Part shown: one piece after another, positions 49,054 to 56,852 of the stretch
How positions within the stretch are numbered: the stretch's first letter is position 1
Layout: each line of letters begins with the position of its first letter
Source of the DNA: a virus
Direction: 5' to 3' (one strand)
DNA length: 64,000 nucleotides
IMG/VR virus record: IMGVR_UViG_3300036823_000156
Coordinates: 1-64,000 of that record
The notes under the pieces: generated by a model
Told to the model about the DNA's origin: nothing
Database searches by the model: none
Seen by the model: the letters and a program-made list of their open reading frames with translations, nothing else
Program-made: the position numbers and the translations under genes

Positions 49054-50813
49054 TAGATCAACTCCTTCGCTCTGCGCCCGTCGAGGGCGAACTTCTGGAC
49101 GGCATCCGCCGCGCGGTTGTCGTTGTGGATCTTGTGCTCGATCGTGCCGGTCGAGCCGAGGTACCAGATGGTGACCTGGTGCATGCGGGACACGCGGTGC
49201 GCGCGGTCCTCGACCTGCTCCTGGTCGTCGGGCACCCAGGTCTGGTCCAGGAAGATCACGTCGTCGGCCGCGTCCAGGGTCAGCGAGACGCCACCGGCCG
49301 TGGTGGTCAGCAGCATGACCTGCGGGGCGCCGTCCTCCTGGAACGAGCGCTTCGCCGTGGCCCGGCGGGCCTTGGACACGTCGCCGGTGATCTTGGTGAC
49401 CTGCACGCCCGCCTCGATCAGCGCGGTCTCGAACAGGTCGATGACCGAGCTGAACTGGCTGGCGACGATCACCTTCTGGTCGGCGTCGCGCTCGGAGAGC
49501 CAGTTGAGCAACCACTTCAGCTTGTTGGAGGGCGTTTCGGGAACGAAGTTGCCCTCGTCGTCCAGCCGACCGGCGGTGGTGGCGAACTGCTTGAGCCGGG
49601 TCAGCACGGCCAACACGCCGTCGGCCTGCAGCTCCCCGCCGTCCAGCTCGACCAGGGCGCGCTGGCGCATGTCCTTGTAGATGCGGGCCTGCTCGGGCTC
49701 CATGTCCAGCCAGATGGCGCCGTTGCCGGCGTAGAACTTCGGCGGCAGGTCGGGGGCCGCGTCCTTCTTCGTGCGGCGCAGCATCACCGAGTCCAGCTCG
49801 GCGTAGAACTCCGGCTTGCGGTGGATCTTCAGGCCGTCGATGATCCGGCCGCGGCCCGCCGCGTCGTCGTAGACCTCGAACCAGTGCTCGACCCACGTCC
49901 AGTACGAGCGGTATCGCTCGGGGTAGAGCCAGTTCAGCGTGCCCCACAGGTTCTCCAGCTTGCCGCGGAACGGCGTGCCCGACATCGCGATCCGCAGGCC
50001 ACCCTCGGCCACCTTCAGTCGACCCAGGCCCTGCCGACGGGCGGCCTGCTTGTAGATGGCACCGGTGCGGGTGATCAACATCTGGTGCGACTCGTCAGCG
50101 ATGATCGAGGCCCACTCGACGTCGTGCAGCTGGGTGTAGCCGTCCTTGAGACGGAACATCTCCGGGTTGCACACCAGCCACTTGCGGCCGGGCGCGGCCA
50201 GGAACGCGGCGATCGTCTTCTCGCGCCTGACCCGGCCGCCGCAGCAGGCGAACACCGCGTCGCCGGGGACCCACCGGTGCAGCTCGGGCTCCCAGGTGAG
50301 GTCGACCGCGGTGGCCGGGGCGATGACCAGGTTCGGCCCGTCGATCCCGCTCTCCAGTACGGCGCCGATCGACTGCAGCGTCTTGCCCAGGCCGGGCTGG
50401 TCGCCCAGCAGGCCGCAGCGCGAGGAGGCCAGCCAGGCCGCGCCGACCTGCTGGTAGGTGCGGGTGCTCATCGCCTCGGCGAGCACCGGGAAGAGGGTGC
50501 GCACGCGATCCACGTCGGCGCCCTCCTGCCCGGCGATCGCCGCGATCCGCTCGCGGCGCTGCTTCTCCTCGATCGCCCACGCGGTCAGCGCCGGGCCGAT
50601 CGAGAGCTGCGTGCCCCACACCCGACGCAGGTCGGTGCAGCTGTACCACGCCAGTGGGTAGGTCCAGGCCTTGTGCGTCTTGTTCCAGGAGTGGCCTTGC
50701 ACCGACTTGCACAGGCGCTTCATCTCCTCGAACGCCGCGTCGTCGCCGTAGGGGACGCGTGGCGTCCGGAGGTGGATCCGGCCGCTGACCAGTTCGATGG
50801 CGGGAAGCTGCAT
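49053..50813 (-). CDS. SNF2-family helicase
   Basis: DQPGLGKT, ADESH, MSGTP, MLRRTK, GGVSLTL, QVEDRAHR. Confidence 0.9.
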   Translation of the reverse strand: MQLPAIELVSGRIHLRTPRVPYGDDAAFEEMKRLCKSVQGHSWNKTHKAWTYPLAWYSCTDLRRVWGTQLSIGPALTAWAIEEKQRRERIAAIAGQEGADVDRVRTLFPVLAEAMSTRTYQQVGAAWLASSRCGLLGDQPGLGKTLQSIGAVLESGIDGPNLVIAPATAVDLTWEPELHRWVPGDAVFACCGGRVRREKTIAAFLAAPGRKWLVCNPEMFRLKDGYTQLHDVEWASIIADESHQMLITRTGAIYKQAARRQGLGRLKVAEGGLRIAMSGTPFRGKLENLWGTLNWLYPERYRSYWTWVEHWFEVYDDAAGRGRIIDGLKIHRKPEFYAELDSVMLRRTKKDAAPDLPPKFYAGNGAIWLDMEPEQARIYKDMRQRALVELDGGELQADGVLAVLTRLKQFATTAGRLDDEGNFVPETPSNKLKWLLNWLSERDADQKVIVASQFSSVIDLFETALIEAGVQVTKITGDVSKARRATAKRSFQEDGAPQVMLLTTTAGGVSLTLDAADDVIFLDQTWVPDDQEQVEDRAHRVSRMHQVTIWYLGSTGTIEHKIHNDNRAADAVQKFALDGRRAKELI

Positions 50814-50820
50814 GCCGGCC

Positions 50821-50832
50821 AATGTACACTAA
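50821..50832 (-). promoter_or_regulatory. TTAGTGTACATT repeated motif
   Basis: Directly upstream of the helicase start. Confidence 0.6.
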
Positions 50833-51080
50833 CCTTCCGCTACGGGTCCAGTCGGTTCCGGCCCGGCGTGCTCACCGAGGCTGAGATGGACGTGGGTGAG
50901 CAGCATCAGCTTCCGGGCGCCCTCCTGCACCTCCGCCAGCTCGTTGGCCGTGAGCTTCTTCAGCCCATGCGCCGCCATCGCGTTGCCCTCGGCGTTCTTG
51001 TCCATCAGACAAGTCAGGGCGGTCGCCGCCGACACCTGCGCGTCGGGCAGGGTCAGGATCTTGTGGGCGTAGGCGTCCAT
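50829..51080 (-). CDS. hypothetical protein
   Basis: GAGGAG RBS. Confidence 0.55.
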   Translation of the reverse strand: MDAYAHKILTLPDAQVSAATALTCLMDKNAEGNAMAAHGLKKLTANELAEVQEGARKLMLLTHVHLSLGEHAGPEPTGPVAEG

Positions 51081-51275
51081 TCCGCTCCTCTTCCAGTGAG
51101 ACGATCAACTGCCGGAGGGATCCGGCAATCGCTTCGAAGTCCAGCACGTACTCCGCATGCACGCGCTGGTCGCGCTTGCGGGCGATCCGCAAGATGTTCT
51201 CGCAGGTGTCCAGCGCCCGCCGGGCGAGCGTCAGATGCAGTGGGTACAAAGGTGTCCTTTCCAGACGGTTCAGAA

Positions 51276-51853
51276 CCGCACGGGCATTACTAAATGGCGT
51301 GCGCCAGCATGGTTGGCTCGTGCGGAGCGAGGTCCGCCCGGCCGGCGGGTCTACTTGGCGCACAGGAGGTCATGGCCAACCGGGCGGAGCGAGTTCCCAG
51401 CCTGCGTCCCGCTATGGGTACACGATAATCACTGGCAGACCGGGAGGTGGAGCCGCCCGGCTGGCGACCGATTTCTGGAGCGCGCTCCGTACTGGCCAGC
51501 CGGGCGGAGTAGGTGATCGAGCGGTCAATTTTGGTGTGTCGCGAAGTAATGGCTCGATCGGAAGGGGACCGCCCGGCTGGCGGGGTCGGGGTGGAGTGCG
51601 ATGTGAGCTGGCCAACCGGGCGGAGTGGTTCCGAGGCGGGACACATTTGGGGTGCGCCACGAAATGGCCTCGGTGTGTTGGGCCGCCCGGCTGGTGGCAT
51701 TAGTTGGAGTGCGACACTCTGATGACCAACCGGGCGGAGTAGATGACCGGGCATAACGATATGGAATGCGAATCGCGTTGGCCCGATCAGAAGGGACCGC
51801 CCGGCTGGCGGTTCAAGATGGGTTGTGTCGGATTTCTGGCCAGCCGGGCGGAG
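51276..51853 (-). ncRNA. stem-loop dual-spacer guide array (TIGR-like), 10 units downstream of the Nop-domain gene
   Basis: Each unit on the minus strand is stem-CCA-N8-10-(C/T)G-N4-5-CCA-N8-9-(C/T)G-stem; every second unit uses stem CCGCCCGGYTGG...CCAGCCGGGCGG. Confidence 0.85.
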
Positions 51854-51855
51854 TC

Positions 51856-52782
51856 TCAGGCCGCGTCCTGCAGGTCGGGCGGTCCGAAGCCGTGGGCGAC
51901 GTGGATGGCGCGGGACTGCCGCCACAGGTCGCGCAGGACCTCCTTGGACACGCACCGCAGGGCGCGAGCGTGGATGTGGTTCTTCGACAGCGGGGTGCCG
52001 GCGAGCGCGGGGCTGCCCGAGGGTCCGCATCGGACGCAGGCCAACTCGTGCACGGCGTCGGCGTAGAACTCCTTCTCCTGGTCGTAGACCTCGCGGTACG
52101 GGCCGCCGGACTTCATGCAGGACTCGGAAATCATCCGGCAGCGCATCCGCGCGGTGACCGACCAGTTGACCTTGGTGCCCTTGCGGCGGGCCGGAGCCAG
52201 ACCGGCGATCACGCTGTAGCCGGAGTAGCTCCACAGCTCGGCGATCGTGCGGGGGCGGCCCATCTTGACGTTCCAGTACGGATCCCCGATCGCGGCCAGC
52301 AGTCGACCGACCTGCTTGGCGCCCAGGCCCTTCTGCGCCTCGATCCAGCCGTACAGCGGGTGGTCCTGAATGGTCTTCTGCAGGTTCTTCGTCGCGTTGA
52401 CCTCGGCCCGCTGCATCGGCGGCACGATCAGGCCCATCTGCCACACCATCGGGTTCCAGCCCTTGGGCATGGTGAAGATCTTGCGGTTGGCCGCGGCCTG
52501 GATGGACAGGTGCGTCTCGACCTCGTCGAGCACGGCCTGCACGAGGTCGAAATCCTCCTCGTCCTCGGGCACGTGGATGTTCGGGGGCAGGAAGCCGAAG
52601 CCGACGTCCTTGCCGTCCTTGTTCATCCGGGGCAGCACGAGCTGGCGCAACCGGTTCTGGTTGGCGATGCGCACGCGCTCCATGTCGTCGAGCACGTCGG
52701 CGGCCATCGTCAACGTGGGCGGCGACATCAGTTCGGCGAGGGGATTCGGTACCGCTTCGACCTCTTCGATCTCTTCTGTCAT
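51856..52782 (-). CDS. Nop-domain / IS110 C-terminal-like RNA-binding protein without nuclease domain (TasA-like)
   Basis: RVRIANQNRL coiled coil, KGLGAKQVGRLLAAIGD, LWSYSG, RRKG...NWS, YREVYD..K, HARALR...K..L.DLW; no RuvC/DEDD N-terminus. Confidence 0.8.
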   Translation of the reverse strand: MTEEIEEVEAVPNPLAELMSPPTLTMAADVLDDMERVRIANQNRLRQLVLPRMNKDGKDVGFGFLPPNIHVPEDEEDFDLVQAVLDEVETHLSIQAAANRKIFTMPKGWNPMVWQMGLIVPPMQRAEVNATKNLQKTIQDHPLYGWIEAQKGLGAKQVGRLLAAIGDPYWNVKMGRPRTIAELWSYSGYSVIAGLAPARRKGTKVNWSVTARMRCRMISESCMKSGGPYREVYDQEKEFYADAVHELACVRCGPSGSPALAGTPLSKNHIHARALRCVSKEVLRDLWRQSRAIHVAHGFGPPDLQDAA

Positions 52783-52810
52783 GCACTTTCTCCTTGGGTG
52801 GGTGGGGATT

Positions 52811-53175
52811 CCGACTGACGGGGAGTGCTGGTCGCACGATCGCTGATGGTCAGTCGGAGCGGTGGTCCGCTCGGCCGGCGGGATGACTTGTGTCGTGCTT
52901 CCGTGTTGGCCGACCGAGCGGAACTCGGTCACCCGGCCGACGTCGTCAGCGTTGGTTCGCCGCGCGCTGTTGGTCGACCGGGCAAATCTCTTCGGGTGGA
53001 ACCGCCCGACTGGCGAAAGGTGTTTGGGCAGCGATCGCTCCTGGCCAGCCGGGCGGAGTCGGGCCCGTTGCCGACACGACGATTGTGAGTCGAGTCGTGC
53101 GGTGGTCGGCAACGGGAGTGGGCGTCCGGCCAACGTTCACCCGTGGGGCGCATGGGTCGAGCTGGTCGGCCGGAC
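52811..53175 (-). ncRNA. stem-loop dual-spacer guide array (TIGR-like), 6 units upstream of the Nop-domain gene
   Basis: Same CCA/CG unit grammar, e.g. CCGCCCGGCTGG-CCA-GGAGCGAT-CGCTGC-CCA-AACACCTTT-CG-CCAGTCGGGCGG. Confidence 0.82.
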
Positions 53176-53178
53176 TGA

Positions 53179-53190
53179 AATGTACACTAA
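53179..53190 (-). promoter_or_regulatory. TTAGTGTACATT motif immediately 5' of the stem-loop array
   Basis: CACCGACCTnnGTTAGTGTACATT is shared with the copy at 54904. Confidence 0.65.
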
Positions 53191-53215
53191 CACAGGTCGG
53201 TGTAGCGGTAATGAT

Positions 53216-53656
53216 CCAAGCCTCGCCTCGCCTGGCCGCGCCCTGCCCAGCCTCGCCCCGCCATGCACCGCCTTGCCTAGCACCGCATCGCCAAGCGCGT
53301 CCGGCAGCGGAGTCGAACCGCTGCTACGACCATCCGGACAACCATTCTCCCAGCCTTGCCATGCCGCGCCATGCCTCGCCGGGCACCGCCCAGCCTCGCC
53401 ACGCCGAGCGTGCTGCCCCCGGGAGTCGAACCCGAGATGCGACCATCGCAGCTACCATTCTCCTAGCCACGCCGCGCACCGCCGCGCCCTGCCGCGCCGA
53501 GCCACGCCATGCCAAGCCACGCCCTGCCGAGCGTGCTGCCCCCGGGAGTCGAACCCGAGGTACGACCATCGCAGCCACCATTCTCCTAGCCTGGCCCAGC
53601 CGCGCCCTGCCCTGCCGAGCCACGCCCTGCCCTGCCGAGCCACGCCACGCCCTGCA
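53216..53656 (-). ncRNA. array of four (GGC-NN)n pentamer tracts separated by three tRNA-like linkers
   Basis: Tracts of 14, 14, 12 and 16 pentamers; linkers GGAGAATGGT..GATGGTCG..GGTTCGACTCC with covarying stems. Confidence 0.85.
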
Positions 53657-53664
53657 TCTTCGCG

Positions 53665-54150
53665 CTAGGCGCGAAGTTTCTTGGGAGCGTTGCGCTCCAA
53701 TTCTGCCACTCGCTCGGCGAGTGACCGAGTTTCGCGGCGGCGGCGGCCGTTGATCTCGGCCTTGCGAGCTGCTACGCGTTCCTCGAAGTCCACCTCGGCC
53801 CGCCGTTCGTGTACCAGTTCGGCACGACGGCGTTGTGAGGCATTGATCTTGGCGGCGTGACGGTCGTCAGCGCGTGCAGCTTTCTTGCGTTGCCTGCCGA
53901 TCAGCGGCACGGCGGCGTTCGGCTCCAACACCAGCCACCCGATGTTCTCCTTGGTTTCGACCGTGTTCTTGCCGGCACGACCGAGTTCCAGATTGGCCTT
54001 GATCATCGCGCCTTGGACCGAGTTCCGGCTGGGCGCCTTGCAGTCCTCGATAGCCTGGGCATAGGTGATGACGCCACCCACCTCGGTCTCGCACACGATG
54101 TCGTACAGGATCCGCCAACGTGCCTTGCCGTTCGCAGGTTCGATGTTCAT
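53665..54150 (-). CDS. putative winged-HTH / coiled-coil DNA-binding accessory protein
   Basis: WRILYDIVCETEVGGVITYAQA (HTH-like), basic coiled-coil C-terminus; coupled to the RAMP-like gene. Confidence 0.55.
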   Translation of the reverse strand: MNIEPANGKARWRILYDIVCETEVGGVITYAQAIEDCKAPSRNSVQGAMIKANLELGRAGKNTVETKENIGWLVLEPNAAVPLIGRQRKKAARADDRHAAKINASQRRRAELVHERRAEVDFEERVAARKAEINGRRRRETRSLAERVAELERNAPKKLRA

Positions 54151-54722
54151 TGAGTCACCTCGACCGTGAACCTCCCGTAGAACCGGCGGAACGTGCCGAC
54201 ACCGATCATCTTGCCCGCCTTGGTCGCGATATCTTGGAAGTCCTCGGTCGACAGCACGCGGTCGTCGACGTCGATCTCGAACGCGCAGGACCACTGCGGG
54301 AAGATCGGCCGGACGCGCGGGATGCGCTTGCCCTCCACATTCACCATCAGGCGGCTGACGTACGGACTGGTCGGCCCGTCGCCCCAGAGACCGTCGACAT
54401 CGCGCGGCCCGTCATAGGACAGTGGCGCCTTCAGATCAAAAACCTGAAGAGCTTGAGCGACTTTCTTGCCCGACCGGGTGATGGACCCCGCCTCCATCAG
54501 CGCCCGGAAGATGTTGTCACCCGGCAGGTACGGACCGAGCTCGGCGTTGTGGTACAGCGCCCCGACCCAGGACAACCGGTCGATCTCGGCCCTGTCCTCG
54601 TCGGTCTTGTTGGTTCGTTTGGACGTCAGTTTCTTTACGGCCCTGGTGATCGGCTCATCGGGGTCGGCAAGTCTGATGTTGTGCATGATGAGCGGCGCGA
54701 TGCCGGTCAGCTCGATTCGCAT
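54147..54722 (-). CDS. Cas7/RAMP-like RNA-binding protein
   Basis: N-terminal strand MRIELTGIAPLIMH, 'YLPGDNIFRAL', 'RVRPIFPQWS..F', C-terminal Gly-rich loop AGKMIGVGTFRRFYGRF. Confidence 0.75.
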   Translation of the reverse strand: MRIELTGIAPLIMHNIRLADPDEPITRAVKKLTSKRTNKTDEDRAEIDRLSWVGALYHNAELGPYLPGDNIFRALMEAGSITRSGKKVAQALQVFDLKAPLSYDGPRDVDGLWGDGPTSPYVSRLMVNVEGKRIPRVRPIFPQWSCAFEIDVDDRVLSTEDFQDIATKAGKMIGVGTFRRFYGRFTVEVTQ

Positions 54723-54790
54723 GACTTTCCGTTCTGTGGTCAGTGTTTGACGGCAGTTCCGTCTCACTTCACATCGGACATTGTCCGATC

Positions 54791-54901
54791 GTGCGGGCCG
54801 AGGACTCGAACCTCGGTGTGTGCCGCTCCCGCTTCCTAGCCTGGCCCCGCCAAGCCCTGCCCTGCCGAGCCACGCCCTGCCATGCCGAGCCCTGCCTTGC
54901 A
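54791..54901 (-). ncRNA. leader (GGC-NN)13 tract plus tRNA-like element
   Basis: 13 pentamers, then GCGGG...CCGAGG-TTCGAGT-CCTCGG-CCCGC-AC. Confidence 0.82.
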
Positions 54902-54903
54902 AG

Positions 54904-54937
54904 AATGTACACTAACGTAGGTCGGTGATCGCGTCAA
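54904..54937 (-). promoter_or_regulatory. sigma70-type promoter TTGACG-N17-TAGTGT
   Basis: -35 at 54932-54937, -10 at 54909-54914; predicted start falls at the first pentamer. Confidence 0.7.
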
Positions 54938-55379
54938 GTCCGACGGAGCGGAAAGCACTGTCCGCAAAGGTCAGAACGCGGCGGCCCATGCGAGTGCTGT
55001 AGACGTGGGTGGAGCGGGCATCCTTGGGCACGGTGGCCTTCTCGCGCAGACCGGTGAACGTGTTGATCCACTCGATCTGCTTGCCGGCCAGGCATTCCGC
55101 TGCCGTGTTGTCGTCCATGGCCGCGAAGTCGTAGGTCGGCTCGCTGGTGCGCAGTGCGGTGGCCGCCGCGGCCGGGTCCAGGATCTGCTGGCGCCCCCGC
55201 ACTTCGGGCGACTCGAACCAGGACTCCGAACTGGCGAAGCGCTCGCCGCGCCAGATCAGCTCCATCCGCTCACCCTCGCCGCGCCAGAACCGCATCCGGT
55301 AGTCGCTCTCGTAGCCCAGCTCGTCGTGCTCCCAGCCCATCTTGGTGGCCCAGTGCGCCAACTCCTCGGTGCCTTTCAC
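54912..55379 (-). CDS. hypothetical protein
   Basis: GTG start with GAGAGG RBS. Confidence 0.6.
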   Translation of the reverse strand: MKGTEELAHWATKMGWEHDELGYESDYRMRFWRGEGERMELIWRGERFASSESWFESPEVRGRQQILDPAAAATALRTSEPTYDFAAMDDNTAAECLAGKQIEWINTFTGLREKATVPKDARSTHVYSTRMGRRVLTFADSAFRSVGLDAITDLR

Positions 55380-55696
55380 GCCGGATACCCTCTCTCCATC
55401 AGCTCGACCGGGCGCTCGCCGACGTAGCCCTGGCACGCGCACCGCACATCGACGTCGTGCCAGTCCACATTGGTGGCCCACTTGCGTTGTTGGTGCGTGA
55501 CCTGGCACGGCCCGCCGTGGAGCAGCTCACGCGTGCTGGTGACGAGGTGCTCGTGCGCACTGATGGGATCTCCGCACGTGCACCGGTAGCTCGGCGGCTT
55601 CGGGTCCTGGTGGTCCCGCTTGTAGTAACCGGTCACGCGGCCGACGACGAAGGCCACCACCGTCGCCGCCGCGAGAACGATGTCGAGCAGGTGCAT
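55376..55696 (-). CDS. membrane-anchored Cys/His protein
   Basis: TM segment, then CTCG..H...C...CAC..Y. Confidence 0.6.
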   Translation of the reverse strand: MHLLDIVLAAATVVAFVVGRVTGYYKRDHQDPKPPSYRCTCGDPISAHEHLVTSTRELLHGGPCQVTHQQRKWATNVDWHDVDVRCACQGYVGERPVELMERGYPA

Positions 55697-55698
55697 GG

Positions 55699-56589
55699 TC
55701 AGTTGCCGCCCACGACGACCGGCGACCCCTGCGGGATCGGGATGATCTTGACCTTGCCGTCGGTGATGGCCTGGTTGACGGCCTGCTGTTCCTGGTAGGC
55801 CTGGTAACCGGCCACGCCGCCCGGGAAGTTCTTGGCCGCCTGCTCGTCCACGGCGGCGGCCTGCTGCCGCAGCACCGCGGCCTGCTTGGCCGACAGACCG
55901 GCCTGCAGCTGGGGCTGGATGCCCGGCTTCTGCAGCAGCACCACGTCGATGTCGATCAGGTTGGTGCCCAGCGTGAGCTGGTTGAGGATGCGCGGGATGT
56001 CCTGCTGCACCTGCGTGGACCACGAGGTGGTGGCCTGCGCGGAGGTGTAGAGGTCCTGCCAGCCGAAGTTCAGCGCCTCGGTGTCACTGGCCCGGTCGAC
56101 GGCCGCGCCCAGGTAGTTCTTCAGCATCTCGTCCCAGCCGCCGGGCAGGTCCGCGTCCGCGTCGGTGGGCAGCGCGTCGTACTTCTTGCCGATCAGCTCC
56201 CAGAACGCCTGCAGGCGCCCGCCGGGCCAGGTGCGGCCGGTCGAGTCCTTCCACGGCACGCAGGAGGTGTTGAGGGTGAACTTGACCGTGCCGGTCACGC
56301 TGATCTGCTGGCCGTCCTTGGTGGCCGAGGTCAGCGCCGGGGAGTCCTCACCCTTGCCGGTGCCGAAGGACCAGTCGCGCTGGCCCAGCGGTGCGTAGTA
56401 CTCGGTGTCGTTGACGTCGCGAGCGCCGTGCGTCGAGGGACCGGTGCACTGGACGAACTTCACGCTGTCGAAGGGGCCGCCGCCGTACTGCAGGGCGACC
56501 TGGGAGGCCGTGGTGTTGACGATCGAGCAGGCCGCGACGGCGGCCAGCACGACGGGGGCGAGGACTGCTGCTCGCAGGTACCTTTTCAC
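55699..56589 (-). CDS. SPFH/band-7-like lipoprotein
   Basis: Lipobox VAAC, 'YGGGPF', 'TKDGQQISVTGTV.F.L', coiled-coil C-terminus. Confidence 0.7.
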   Translation of the reverse strand: MKRYLRAAVLAPVVLAAVAACSIVNTTASQVALQYGGGPFDSVKFVQCTGPSTHGARDVNDTEYYAPLGQRDWSFGTGKGEDSPALTSATKDGQQISVTGTVKFTLNTSCVPWKDSTGRTWPGGRLQAFWELIGKKYDALPTDADADLPGGWDEMLKNYLGAAVDRASDTEALNFGWQDLYTSAQATTSWSTQVQQDIPRILNQLTLGTNLIDIDVVLLQKPGIQPQLQAGLSAKQAAVLRQQAAAVDEQAAKNFPGGVAGYQAYQEQQAVNQAITDGKVKIIPIPQGSPVVVGGN

Positions 56590-56852
56590 AGCTGTCGTAT
56601 GTCCTTTCTGGACTTCTGGATGATCTCCTTGACCTTGCTGGCCAGGGGGTGATCGAGGTCGCTGTACTCGGCGGCGGCCATGTCGATCTCGTACAGGGCG
56701 TCCTGGCGCAGGTTGTTCTGCGCCTCGACGCGCCGCAGGTGCCGCCGGTTGATCCCGGCCCGCCGCCCGAGCAGGAAGTAGGCCGCCCACATCAGCACCG
56801 CCAGCACGGCGACCGCACCGACACTGAGCCCGGCCAGATCCGCGAGCTTCAT
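56586..56852 (-). CDS. membrane protein
   Basis: N-terminal TM helix. Confidence 0.6.
   Translation of the reverse strand: MKLADLAGLSVGAVAVLAVLMWAAYFLLGRRAGINRRHLRRVEAQNNLRQDALYEIDMAAAEYSDLDHPLASKVKEIIQKSRKDIRQL

Noticed and set aside
49975-49995. Self-target of pentamer tract 53351-53410 in the helicase (IAMSG codons match AT GC AT TC GG)
   Set aside because: Only 5 of 12 dinucleotides match and the flanks disagree, which is compatible with chance.
51856-52782. IS110 transposase / insertion sequence
   Set aside because: It lacks the N-terminal DEDD RuvC-like domain and is flanked by multi-unit arrays rather than IS ends.
53324-53643. ORFs 53324..53623 and 53452..53643 (ARQGRAWLG repeats) as proteins
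   Set aside because: The 5-nt periodicity and covarying RNA stems explain the sequence. The low-complexity peptides are by-products.
51276-53656. CRISPR array
   Set aside because: There are no identical 25-40-nt repeats with ~30-nt spacers and no cas1/cas2. The variable parts are 8-10-nt paired spacers or dinucleotides.
53296-54835. tRNA genes at GGTTCGA motifs
   Set aside because: Only acceptor-like and T stems are present, with no D or anticodon arms.
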